Below are positions 9,834 to 19,590 of a DNA stretch of 64,000 bases, piece after piece (the stretch's first letter is position 1; each line of letters begins with the position of its first letter). Source of the stretch: Nannocystis bainbridge (GTDB lineage Bacteria; Myxococcota_A; Polyangia; Nannocystales; Nannocystaceae); contig NZ_JAQNDL010000003.1 in assembly GCF_028368995.1 (NCBI RefSeq), forward strand, positions 2,688,001-2,752,000, given 5' to 3'. The position numbers and the translations under genes were made by a program. The notes beneath the pieces are model-generated. The model was given only the letters and a program-made list of their open reading frames with translations. It had not been told where the DNA came from and ran no database searches.

Positions 9834-10552
9834 GCCAGCAGCTCGGCGTCGCCGTCGGCGAGGCGGGTCAGCATCTCGGTCGCCGGCCCGCGCAGGTGGA
9901 GCTCGTAGAGCTCCGAGGCCGGCGTCTCGTCGGGGTTGATCTCCACCCGCCTGGCCCCGGCCTTGCGCGCGTACTCGGGCAAGTACGCGGCGGGGTAGAC
10001 CACCGCCGAGGTGCCGATCGAGACGAACAGATCGCAGGCGGCGATCGCCGCCTGGGCCGCGTCGAGGGTCGGCTCGTGGAGATAGTCGCCGAACCACACG
10101 ATGTCGGGCCGCCACCAGCCGCCGCAACCGTCGCACCGCAGCACCTCGCGGACCACGTGGCCGTCCTGCTGCTTGACGCCGCACGTGTCGCAGCGGACCC
10201 GCCACAGGTTGCCGTGGAGCTCGAGGATCTCGCTGCTGCCGGCGAGCGCGTGCAGACCGTCGATGTTCTGGGTGACGACGGTGACGCGAGCGGAGCGCCG
10301 CCCGCTGCGCGCGACGATCTGGTGGCCGAGGTTGGGCGCGCAGCGGGCGACCAGACCGCGGCGGTAGTTGTGAAACTCCCACACCGCCTCGGGATCGCGG
10401 ACGAACGCCTCCTGACAGGCATACCGACGATAGTCGTACTCCTTCCAAATCCCGCCGGCGCCGCGATAGGTGGGCACGCCGCTCTCTGCAGACATGCCTG
10501 CCCCTGTGAAGAAGACGATCCGGCTGAAATCGCGCAATCGAGAGGTCGACAT
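9830..10552 (-). CDS. cobB: NAD-dependent protein deacylase (sirtuin)
   Basis: TGAGMSAESGVPTYRG, TQNIDGLH, ELHGNL, CxxC..CxxC, RPDIVWFG, IGTSAVVYPAA. Confidence 0.93.
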   Translation of the reverse strand: MSTSRLRDFSRIVFFTGAGMSAESGVPTYRGAGGIWKEYDYRRYACQEAFVRDPEAVWEFHNYRRGLVARCAPNLGHQIVARSGRRSARVTVVTQNIDGLHALAGSSEILELHGNLWRVRCDTCGVKQQDGHVVREVLRCDGCGGWWRPDIVWFGDYLHEPTLDAAQAAIAACDLFVSIGTSAVVYPAAYLPEYARKAGARRVEINPDETPASELYELHLRGPATEMLTRLADGDAELLA

Positions 10553-11362
10553 CGCGAGGATGGTATCGGCGCCCGGGTCGTCGCGCGAGGCCGATTGTTT
10601 CCGATGCAGCAACCCGACAGTGCTGCGATCGGCCTCGTGCCCCCACCGATGATTGCGTGTCATCCGGCGATCTACAGGGTAGACTGCTGATGCGAGCGCC
10701 GTCGGGAAGCTGCTGAGTCTGCCGACACGCCTGCGCCGGGATGGACCGGCTCTCGCGGCCCGTTCCGGCATCTCGCCGCGCTCGGCGCCGGTCCGGGCCG
10801 GAATTCGCCGGAGATTCTCCCGAGCTGCATCTGCGGCGGGTTCGCCGTGCGCGCGGTGTTTCACCGCCCGTCGACCGGCCATTCGCAGCGCGAAGCTGTT
10901 TTGCGAGCTGCTTCGATTTGGTCGTTCGCGCCATCACGACCGGGCCGGGTAGCGTTCGCACAGCGTTCGCACAAGGACGACGGGCGCGCGCCCGCGGCCG
11001 GGCCGTCGGCAGGCTCTCCGACCCCACCTGGCGGATCTCGCTTCCGGCCGTCTGGCTGCGCTTGCGGGCAGCTTTCTCTGGCCGACGGCGTTCACGCAGG
11101 GGCTGCACGGTGGTCTGCAGCCCCTGTTCAATGTCCGTCCAGACATGTTCGAACAGACATGCAGCAGACTGCGCAGGACAATGTGCTGATGATAACACCG
11201 TATGTACGATGATACGTGCGTCGCACCGACCCAGGGCGGAAGCGACCGCCATGTCTGCGCGATCGCAAGGACCGATGTTCACCAATCGCGGGGGGGCTGG
11301 TCAGCGCGGAGCGTGGTCAGTACCCTGGATTTTGGCCCGCTCGGCGGGTCGGAGTAGCTGCG

Positions 11363-12247
11363 ATGAACGACATCAGCGCCTCGAACCCCCCGGAGTCCGA
11401 CAGCGAGATCCAGGCCCTGCGGCGGCGGGTGGCCGAGCTGGAGCAGAACATCGCGGCCCTCGAGCAGGAGCGGGACGTGTTCAAGCACGTCGTGCAGCAC
11501 GCCCCCGCCTTCATCTCGCGGCTCACCCCGGACGGGCGGACCATCTACGCCAACGCCACCTGCGAGCGGATCGTCGGCAAGACCTCCGAACAGATCGCGG
11601 GCACCAACACCATGCCGCTGCTGTACCCCGGCGACCTTTACCCGGCGGTCGAGGAGTACTTCAAGATCGCGGCCGAGGGCGGCGACGTCAGCGACTACGA
11701 GCTGACGATTCAGTCGCACACCGGCGAGCGGCGGACCCTGGCGTGGAACTCCTATCACCGCTACGGACCCGACGGCACCCTCCAGGAGGTGGTCTCGTTC
11801 GGGGTCGACGTCACCGACCGCAAGCGCGACGAGAACGAGCGCCGGCGGCTGCAGGAGGAGATCATCGCGGTACAGGCGGCCACGCTCGCCGAGCTCTCGA
11901 CGCCCCTCATCCCGATCAGCGCCAAGATCGTCGCCATGCCGCTGATCGGCTCGATCGACCCGGCGCGGGCCCAGCGGATCATCGAGACCCTGCTCGCCGG
12001 CATCAGCGAGGCCCGGGCGAGCACGGCGATCCTCGACATCACCGGCGTGGCCGTGGTCGACACCCAGGTCGCCGACTCGCTGATGCGGGCCGCTCGCGCG
12101 GTGAAGCTGCTCGGGGCCGAGGTCATCCTCACGGGCATTCGCCCGGACGTCGCTCAGACCTTGGTCCACCTCGGCACCAATCTCGACGGCATCGTGACTC
12201 GCGCCACCCTGCAGAGCGGCATCGCCTTCGCCATGCAGCAAGGCTGA
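11363..12247 (+). CDS. PAS-STAS protein (RsbR-like stressosome sensor)
   Basis: PAS/PAC region followed by ELSTPLIPI, PLIGSID, LDITGVAVVDTQVA, LTGIRPDVAQTLV. Confidence 0.92.
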   Translation: MNDISASNPPESDSEIQALRRRVAELEQNIAALEQERDVFKHVVQHAPAFISRLTPDGRTIYANATCERIVGKTSEQIAGTNTMPLLYPGDLYPAVEEYFKIAAEGGDVSDYELTIQSHTGERRTLAWNSYHRYGPDGTLQEVVSFGVDVTDRKRDENERRRLQEEIIAVQAATLAELSTPLIPISAKIVAMPLIGSIDPARAQRIIETLLAGISEARASTAILDITGVAVVDTQVADSLMRAARAVKLLGAEVILTGIRPDVAQTLVHLGTNLDGIVTRATLQSGIAFAMQQG

Positions 12248-12534
12248 CGCAGCCGTCGGCGCAAATCGCCATTGGGTGACCCCACCCCCGGTGATTCGCG
12301 GGCGCGAATCGCCGCGGAACGTCGTACGAGCATTCGGCCGCGCGCGCCCGCCGGGCGGCGTGCGGCCGCCTCCACGCCGCCGCGCCGGGGTGAGACCGAT
12401 GTGAGGCGTTCGCCGCTGGTGTGGTGATTGCCGCAGCGGCCCGAGTGAATGCACTTCGATGCGATAGAAACAAGTGGCAAAAGTGCTCGTCCACGGTTCG
12501 CTCGCCCGCTCGCGGCGGGGAGTTCGCGTGCGAA

Positions 12535-12590
12535 GCAAAATTGTCCATGATTAAATCATAGCAGTCTATATAATCAGGATAGCGATCAAA
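12535..12590 (+). promoter_or_regulatory. AT-rich promoter/operator upstream of the NRPS-like gene
   Basis: Perfect TATAAT at 12569-12574; inverted repeats ATGATT-A-AATCAT (12547-12559) and ATAG-N4-CTAT (12558-12569); no good -35 element; GAGGA RBS before ATG 12653. Confidence 0.55.
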
Positions 12591-12652
12591 ACCGCTGGGA
12601 CGGCCGTGGCCTGCACGCGCCGCCGTGACCGCGATTTGCCGGAGGACTGAGC

Positions 12653-15600
12653 ATGACGAACTTCGACGCCCCACCCATCGACGCAGCATGGACCGGCGGC
12701 TTTTCACCCTACCCCGACGCCGAGGGGCTCGCGGCCCTGCTGGCGCACCAGGTCCGCGCCCGGCCTGACGCGCTGGCCGTGGACGCCGGCGAGGAGCGGC
12801 TGACGTACGCCGAACTCGACCGGCGCGCGAGCCAGATGGCGCACGGCCTCCAGGCCGCGGGCGTCGGCGTGGAGACGCCCGTCGGGGTCTTCATGAGTCC
12901 TCGCATCGAACAGATCGTCGCCCAGGTCGCGATCTGCATGGTGGGCGCCACATATGTCCCGCTCGACCCCGATTACCCACACGAGCGCCTGGAGTTCATG
13001 ATCGCCGACGCCGGGGTCGAACTGGTCCTCACCGACCGACGTCACTTCGGACTCGCGCTGGGCGGCCGGCGCGAGCTGTGCGTCGACCGCGAGCGCCCGC
13101 AATTCGAAAGCAACCCGACCCGCTTCTCCGGTATTCAGGGCGGACCCGACAGCCGCACCCACATCCTCTACACCTCCGGCTCGACCGGCAAACCCAAGGG
13201 TATCGAGATCGTCACGCGGGCGATCAGCCGCCTCGTGCTGGCCACCGATTACGTGCAGATCGAGCCGAGCGACCGGGTCGCGCAGATCGCCAATTTCTCG
13301 TTCGACGCCGCCATCTTCGAGGTCTGGGGCGCGCTGCTCAACGGGGCGGCGCTGGTCCTGATCCCGCGCCGCCGGGTCCTCGATCCGCACGAGTTCCGCG
13401 CCGAGCTGGCGAGCCGCGGCGTCACCGTGATGTTCCTGACCACCGCGCTGTTCAACCTGGTCGCCGGCGTCTGCCCCGACGCGTTCGGATCGCTGCGCTA
13501 CTTGCTGGTCGGCGGCGAGAAGGCCAACGCCGAGGCGTTCCGCGCGGTGCTGCAGGCCGGGCCACCGCTCCATCTGCAGAACATCTACGGCCCGACCGAG
13601 AGCACCACCTTCGCCGTCGCCTGCGAGCTGGACCATGAGCGCGCCGCCGGCATCAACGTGCCGATCGGTCGCCCCATCCGCAACACCCTGGTCTTCATCC
13701 TCGACGCGGCGCAGCGGCCAGTCGGCATCGGCGAGGTGGGCGAGCTCTACATCGGCGGTCACGGCCTCGCCCGCGGATACCTCCATCGCCCCGAGCTCAC
13801 CGCCGAGCGCTTCGTGATGGTGGCAGGATTGACCGGCGAGGGCGCGATTCGCCTGTATCGCACCGGCGACCAGGTCCGCTGGCGCCCCGACGGGCTGATC
13901 GAGTTCGTCGGCCGCACCGATTTTCAGGTCAAGATCCGCGGTCATCGCATCGAGCTCGAGGAGATCGAGGCGGCGCTGGTGGCCAGCGGAATGGTCGCCG
14001 ACGCGGCCATCACGGTGCACGAGAGCCCGAGCGGCGAAAAATCGCTGGTCGCCCACGTGATCCCGCGCGACCGCGCGGCCTTCCGCGTCGCGCTGCTGCA
14101 AGAGCACCTGCAGACCAAGCTGCCGCGCTTTATGGTCCCCGCCCGCTTCGTCGAGCTCGACGCCATGCCGCTCAACGCCAACGGCAAGGTCGACCGCAAG
14201 GCGCTCGCCGCCGGCCAGGCCCACTCGGGGGTGTTCAGCCTCAACGCCATGCTCGCGACCACCCAAGATCCGCTGACCGGCGAGCTGGCGGCGATATGGG
14301 CCGACCTCCTCGGCGTCCCGCTGGTCCTGCCGGAGGACGATTTCTTCCGCCTCGGCGGCAGCTCGCTGCTGGCCGCGCGCCTGGTGCTGCGGGTGCGCGA
14401 CGTCTATCGCGTGCGCTTCCCGGTCTACGCGCTGTACGAGGCCGGCACGCTGCGCGAGTTCGCGGCCCAGCTGCGACGAGCGCTGCGCGGCGAGACGATC
14501 CGCAGCGCCACGACGGCAGGGCCGGAGACGTGGCGGGCGGACGCGCAGCTGCCCGCCGATCTGCGCGCGCAGATCGTCCAGGCGGCCGCGCTGCCGCGCC
14601 CGGCGGCCGACGCCTGGCGCTCGGGCCAGGTGCTGCTGACCGGCGCGACCGGGTTCCTCGGCGCGTTTCTGCTGCGCGACCTGCTGCTACACACCGGGGC
14701 GCGCGTGCACTGCCTGGTGCGCGCCGCCGACGCGACCGAAGGGCTGGCCCGCGTGCGCCAGGCGCTGGCCAAGTACGGCCTGTGGCAGGCCTCGTTCGCC
14801 GCGCGCATCGAAGCCGTGCCCGGCGACCTGGCCCTGCCGCGCCTCGGCCTCGACGAGGCCGGCTTCGCCGCGCTCGCGGCCGACGTCGACGCCGTCTTCC
14901 ACAGCGGCGCCCAGGTCAACTACGTCCAGCCGTACGCGGCCCACCGCACCACCAATGTCGGCGGCACCCACGAGGTGCTGCGGCTGTGCGCCACCGGCAA
15001 GCTCAAGCCGCTGCACCACGTCTCGACGATCGCGGTGTTCGGCCCGAGCGGGTTCTTCGGCGGCAAGCGGGTGGTGCACGAGCACGACCCGATCGACGAC
15101 CACGTCGAGTACCTGGTGCTCGACATCGGCTACTCGGCCAGCAAGTGGGTGGCGGAGAAGTCGGTGTGGTATGCGGGCGCGCTCGGGCTGCCGGTCACGG
15201 TCTATCGCCCCGGCTTCATCATGGGCGACAGCCGCAGCGGGGCCGGCAACGCCGACGATTTTGTCGGCCGCTGGGTCCGCGGCGCGGTCCAGGTCGGCGG
15301 CTTCCCGGAGCTGCCGCGGCAGCGCAAGGAGTTCGTGCCGGTCGATTTCGTGAGCCGGGCGATCCTCCACGTCGCCGGCGCGCCGGACAACGTCGGCCGC
15401 GCCTACCACCTGGTCCCGCCCGACCTGCGTCAGTCGCCCGACCTCGAGCAGTTCTTCGCCATGATCCGCGAGTTCGGCTACCCGCTGGCGCAGTGGGCCT
15501 ACGGCGAATGGGTCGACCGCGTCATCCAGGACTCGCGCGGGCGCGACAACCCGCTGTGCTCGCTGCTGCCGATGCTGTTCGAGCGGGTCTATCGCGACGA

Positions 15601-15802
15601 GCTGACCCGCTGGGAGCTCTACGAGGACATGCCGGCCTACGACACCAGCCACACCGACGCGGCGCTGGCCGGCAGCGGCGTCCGCTTCGTCGCCATGGAC
15701 CGGGCCCTGGTCGCCCGCTACCTGCGCTACTGGATCGCCAGCAGCCAGCTCCCGCCCGTGCCCGCCGAAGCGCCCGAGGAGCAGCGCAAGGCGGGGCCTT
15801 GA
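12653..15802 (+). CDS. Standalone NRPS-like adenylation-thiolation-thioester reductase (A-T-R)
   Basis: LTYAEL, YTSGSTGKPKG, YGPTE, LYRTGD, NGKVDR; T domain FFRLGGSSL; R domain TGATGFLG and YSASK. Confidence 0.95.
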   Translation: MTNFDAPPIDAAWTGGFSPYPDAEGLAALLAHQVRARPDALAVDAGEERLTYAELDRRASQMAHGLQAAGVGVETPVGVFMSPRIEQIVAQVAICMVGATYVPLDPDYPHERLEFMIADAGVELVLTDRRHFGLALGGRRELCVDRERPQFESNPTRFSGIQGGPDSRTHILYTSGSTGKPKGIEIVTRAISRLVLATDYVQIEPSDRVAQIANFSFDAAIFEVWGALLNGAALVLIPRRRVLDPHEFRAELASRGVTVMFLTTALFNLVAGVCPDAFGSLRYLLVGGEKANAEAFRAVLQAGPPLHLQNIYGPTESTTFAVACELDHERAAGINVPIGRPIRNTLVFILDAAQRPVGIGEVGELYIGGHGLARGYLHRPELTAERFVMVAGLTGEGAIRLYRTGDQVRWRPDGLIEFVGRTDFQVKIRGHRIELEEIEAALVASGMVADAAITVHESPSGEKSLVAHVIPRDRAAFRVALLQEHLQTKLPRFMVPARFVELDAMPLNANGKVDRKALAAGQAHSGVFSLNAMLATTQDPLTGELAAIWADLLGVPLVLPEDDFFRLGGSSLLAARLVLRVRDVYRVRFPVYALYEAGTLREFAAQLRRALRGETIRSATTAGPETWRADAQLPADLRAQIVQAAALPRPAADAWRSGQVLLTGATGFLGAFLLRDLLLHTGARVHCLVRAADATEGLARVRQALAKYGLWQASFAARIEAVPGDLALPRLGLDEAGFAALAADVDAVFHSGAQVNYVQPYAAHRTTNVGGTHEVLRLCATGKLKPLHHVSTIAVFGPSGFFGGKRVVHEHDPIDDHVEYLVLDIGYSASKWVAEKSVWYAGALGLPVTVYRPGFIMGDSRSGAGNADDFVGRWVRGAVQVGGFPELPRQRKEFVPVDFVSRAILHVAGAPDNVGRAYHLVPPDLRQSPDLEQFFAMIREFGYPLAQWAYGEWVDRVIQDSRGRDNPLCSLLPMLFERVYRDELTRWELYEDMPAYDTSHTDAALAGSGVRFVAMDRALVARYLRYWIASSQLPPVPAEAPEEQRKAGP

Positions 15803-15809
15803 TCAAAAC

Positions 15810-15865
15810 TGTCCAGGAGGACATGCCCAATCGGACATGCCCTCCAGGACATGTCTCTACAAAAT
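15810..15865. repeat. Tandem 14-bp unit array (three good units plus one degenerate)
   Basis: tgtccaggaggaca-tgcccaatcggaca-tgccctccaggaca-tgtctc... Confidence 0.9.
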
Positions 15866-16915
15866 ACCTGCCCGATCGACCAGGCGCCAGGCGATGCGCT
15901 CGCCGGCGCGCAGCGGCACCAGCTCGTCCCGGCCGAACGGATAGCTGGCCGGGACGTCCCAGGCCGCCCGCTCGAGGCGTACGGTCTCGGTGTTGACCGG
16001 CAGGTCGTAGAACCGCGGGCCGAACCGGCTGGCGAAGCCCTCGAGCCGCGCCAGCGCCCCCGCGCGCTCGAACGCCTCGGCGTACAGCTCGATCGCCGCG
16101 TGGGCGGTGAACATCCCGGCGCAGCCGCACGCGCTCTCCTTGGCCCCGCGCGGGTGCGGGGCGCTGTCGGTGCCGAGGAAGAATTTGGCCTCGCCGCTGG
16201 TGGCGGCCGCGAGCAGCGCCTCGCGGTGGAGCTCGCGCTTCAGCACCGGCAGGCAGTAGTAGTGCGGGCAGATGCCGCCGGTGAACATGGCGTTGCGGCT
16301 GTACAGCAGGTGATGCGCGGTGATCGTGGCGGCCACCTTCGGGCCGGCGGCGCGGACGAAGGCGACGGCGTCGCGGGTGGTGATGTGCTCGACGACCACG
16401 CGCAGGTCGGGCAGGCGCTCGAGCAGCGGCGCCAGGTGGCGCTCCAGGAACACCGCCTCGCGGTCGAACACGTCGACGCCCGGATCGGTGACCTCGCCGT
16501 GGACCAGCAGCGGCAGCCCGAGCGCCTGCATGGCCTCGAGCACCGGCAGCACCCGCGCCAGATCGGTCACGCCCGACTGCGAATTGGTGGTCGCGCCGGC
16601 CGGGTAAAGCTTGACCCCGTGCACGAACCCGCAGTCGCGCGCGCGGGCGATCTCCTCCGGCGCCGTCGCGTCGGTCAGGTACAGCGTCATCAGCGGCGTG
16701 AACCGCCCCGCCAGCGCCGTCGGCACGGCCGCGACGATGCGCGCGCGATAGGCCGCCGCCTCCTCGACCCGCGTGACCGGCGGCTTCAGGTTGGGCATCA
16801 CGATCGCCCGCGCGAACTGCCGCGCGGTGTGGGCCACCGCGTCGGCCAGCACGACGCCGTCGCGCAGGTGGAGGTGCCAGTCGTCGGGGCGTACGAGCTC
16901 GAGCGCGTCGGTCAC
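15857..16915 (-). CDS. pyrC: Dihydroorotase (homodimeric, E. coli type)
   Basis: [43 protein letters not shown]. Confidence 0.95.
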   Translation of the reverse strand: MTDALELVRPDDWHLHLRDGVVLADAVAHTARQFARAIVMPNLKPPVTRVEEAAAYRARIVAAVPTALAGRFTPLMTLYLTDATAPEEIARARDCGFVHGVKLYPAGATTNSQSGVTDLARVLPVLEAMQALGLPLLVHGEVTDPGVDVFDREAVFLERHLAPLLERLPDLRVVVEHITTRDAVAFVRAAGPKVAATITAHHLLYSRNAMFTGGICPHYYCLPVLKRELHREALLAAATSGEAKFFLGTDSAPHPRGAKESACGCAGMFTAHAAIELYAEAFERAGALARLEGFASRFGPRFYDLPVNTETVRLERAAWDVPASYPFGRDELVPLRAGERIAWRLVDRAGIL

Positions 16916-16956
16916 GGCGCCCCCATAACACGCGCCCGGGCCGCGCGCCCGCGGAT

Positions 16957-19497
16957 TCACGCCCGCAGCGTCGCCAGCTCGCGCTCGCCCGCCGACAGCA
17001 GGATCGCCACCTCCTGCAGGCCCGCCGCGTGCTCCGCTCGCGGCGCCAGCCGCTCCGACAGCTCGATGAACGCGCGCCGGTTCTGCTGCAGCCCCAGCGG
17101 CGAGCCCTTGTCGCGGTTGAACACCACCGAGTCGCGCAGCAGCGTCACCGCCTCGGCGTCGCGCCCGAGCAGCGCCAGCACCTGCGACAGCGCCTCCGTC
17201 GTCTGCCCCAGGCCGGTCAGGTCGCCGAGCTGGGTCTGCACCTCGGCCGCCGCGTCGAACCGCTGCTTGGCCGCCATCGTCCGCCCCGCGCGCAGCTCGA
17301 GCCGGCCCATCGTCTCCCACACCCGCCCGAGCTCGCGGACCTCGCCGAGGTCGCGATAGAACCGCTCGGCCGCGCGCGCGTGCTCGAGCCCCATCTCGAA
17401 GCCCTCCGCCTCGCGACCGACGCGCAGCTGGGCGTGCAGCGGCAGGCGAGCGAACAGGTGCTCGGTCTCGGCGAGCTCGCGCAGCGCCACCGGGTCGGTG
17501 TGCACGTGCGGGTCGAACACCTTGCGCGACTGCCGGAGCAATTGCAGCGCGCGGCCCGGGTCGCCCATGCGCACCAGCACCGCCGCCTGATCGTTGAGCA
17601 GGCAGGCCGCCCCGATCGCGTCCCCCGCGGCTTGCAGCATGCTCGCGGCCGCGGCCAGCTCGGTCAGCGCCCGCTCGAGCGAGCGCGGGTCGCCGAGGTC
17701 GAAGCACACGCCGGCGATCGCCTGCGCCAGGTCGGCCGCCAGCTCGACCGGCGCGCCCTCCTCGAGCTCGGCCCGCGCCGACTCGAGGGTCGCCTGCGCC
17801 TGCGTCAGCGTGAACCCGAACTCGTAGCCCGCCGCTTGCCACTGCAGCCGCCCGAGCTCGATCAGCGCCTGCACCCGCAGCAGCCGCCGCGACGCGCTCA
17901 CCGGCAGCGTCGCCAGCAGCGCCAGCGCGCTCCCGGCGTGCTGCGCCGCCGCCTGCGGCGCACCCATCTCCGCCGCCTTGCGCGCCGCCTCGCACAGGTG
18001 CTGCGCCGCCGCGTCGAACTCGCCCGCCAGCCGCATGTGCTCGGCCGCCCGCGCCTCGTCGACCAGCGGGTCCTCGAGCCGCGTCGGCACCACCCGCGAC
18101 GGCGCGCCCCAGCCGGCCGGGCCCGCGTCTTCCTCGGCCGGCGGAGCCGCGAAGATCGTCTTGCGCCGCGCCGGCGACCAGCCCGCCGGGCGCGCCTCGA
18201 CCTGCTCGCCTGGACCTGTCCCTTGCGACACCTTGACGTTCGGCCCCAGCGCGCTGGCCCCCAGCGCGAGCGGCACCGGCCCGGACCGCTCGCCCTTGGC
18301 CGGCACCCGCCACGCCGGCGCGCCGCTCGCCCCGGAATCACCTGTCCCATCGGCCAGCTTGTCTCCGCCCTGGCCCGCCTCGTCACCTGTCCCTTCGGAC
18401 ACATCAAGACTCTCGCCGGCGATCAGAGCGTCGGCCCGCGGGGACGTCTCGATGCCACCTGTCCCTGCGGACATATCCTGACTCTGCTCGGCGACCGCCG
18501 CCATCTCGCTGGCGACCTGCGCCGCCAGCCCGGTGTCGTCGACGAGGTCGACCACCTCGGCCGAGAGGTCGATGATCTCGGCCACGTGGGCGGCGCTGGG
18601 GATCTTGCCGCGCGACTTGACGCGCGGCACGGGCGGCCGCGGCGGGCCCGCGACCTCTTCGCCGGCACGCGCGCCCAGCAGCCGTCCGAGCTTGCGGTGC
18701 CACGCCTGCGCGAGCGACGGCATCAGCGACTTCGACAACGCCGTCAGCGCCGAGGTCGGCAGCGAGAACCGACCCTCGCCGCGGTCCTCGAGCGGCAACC
18801 CGAGGTCGGTCGCCTGCTGCAGCAGCTCGAGCACCACCAGCGGCTCGAGCGACAGTAGGTCGGCCACGATCCGCGTCTCGAAGCCCGGCCCGATCAACGC
18901 GCCCGCCCGCAGCACCCGCAGCACCTCCGGCGGCAGCGTACGCCACGCGATCGCCTGCGCCTCGCCGCTCGGCGGCTCCTCCCCGCGCACCACCCCGGCA
19001 GCGTCGCGCGTCCGCACCGCCAGCAACAGCTCGGCCGCCGCGTCCTTCGGCTCGCCGTGGAACACCAGCACCAGCGGCAGCTGCAACCAGCCCTGCCGCT
19101 TCACGATCTGGGTCAGCGCCGCCAGCGTCGCCTCGTCGGCCTGCTCGACCGCGTCGAACACCACGACCCATTGCGAACCTGTCTGTTGGGCCAGGTGATT
19201 CCACAGCTCGACCAGCACCGCCTCGGTGGCCCGCTCGGGCGCCTCGCCGAACAGGGTCCGCCGGCGCAGCGACTTCGCACGATCGGGCGGCTTGGGCCGC
19301 GCCTCGCCGAGGATCGCCTCGGTCAGCCGGCGCGCCTCGAGCAGCGGCCGCAGGGCCGCCGGGGCCACCTCGCAGCTGACCCGCAGCAGCTGCAGCGCGG
19401 GCGGTGGATCGGGCAACCGCCCGCGCACCGCCGTCGCCAGCCGCTCACGCACTCGCTGCCACAGTCGCCCGGGGTCGCGCTCGTCGATTTGGGTCAT
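16957..19497 (-). CDS. Tetratricopeptide-repeat protein with a degenerate ATPase-like N-terminus and a low-complexity linker
   Basis: [15 protein letters not shown] (Walker-B-like), [16 protein letters not shown] wHTH-like segment, C-terminal helical repeats. Confidence 0.7.
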   Translation of the reverse strand: MTQIDERDPGRLWQRVRERLATAVRGRLPDPPPALQLLRVSCEVAPAALRPLLEARRLTEAILGEARPKPPDRAKSLRRRTLFGEAPERATEAVLVELWNHLAQQTGSQWVVVFDAVEQADEATLAALTQIVKRQGWLQLPLVLVFHGEPKDAAAELLLAVRTRDAAGVVRGEEPPSGEAQAIAWRTLPPEVLRVLRAGALIGPGFETRIVADLLSLEPLVVLELLQQATDLGLPLEDRGEGRFSLPTSALTALSKSLMPSLAQAWHRKLGRLLGARAGEEVAGPPRPPVPRVKSRGKIPSAAHVAEIIDLSAEVVDLVDDTGLAAQVASEMAAVAEQSQDMSAGTGGIETSPRADALIAGESLDVSEGTGDEAGQGGDKLADGTGDSGASGAPAWRVPAKGERSGPVPLALGASALGPNVKVSQGTGPGEQVEARPAGWSPARRKTIFAAPPAEEDAGPAGWGAPSRVVPTRLEDPLVDEARAAEHMRLAGEFDAAAQHLCEAARKAAEMGAPQAAAQHAGSALALLATLPVSASRRLLRVQALIELGRLQWQAAGYEFGFTLTQAQATLESARAELEEGAPVELAADLAQAIAGVCFDLGDPRSLERALTELAAAASMLQAAGDAIGAACLLNDQAAVLVRMGDPGRALQLLRQSRKVFDPHVHTDPVALRELAETEHLFARLPLHAQLRVGREAEGFEMGLEHARAAERFYRDLGEVRELGRVWETMGRLELRAGRTMAAKQRFDAAAEVQTQLGDLTGLGQTTEALSQVLALLGRDAEAVTLLRDSVVFNRDKGSPLGLQQNRRAFIELSERLAPRAEHAAGLQEVAILLSAGERELATLRA

Positions 19498-19590
19498 GCG
19501 AGCCCGAGCTTACCGGAGCCGCGCGCCCGCGTCGCGTGGCCTGGCGACCTCGCGCGGATGCGACCTGTCCCTCGGGACATCTCTCGGGCT

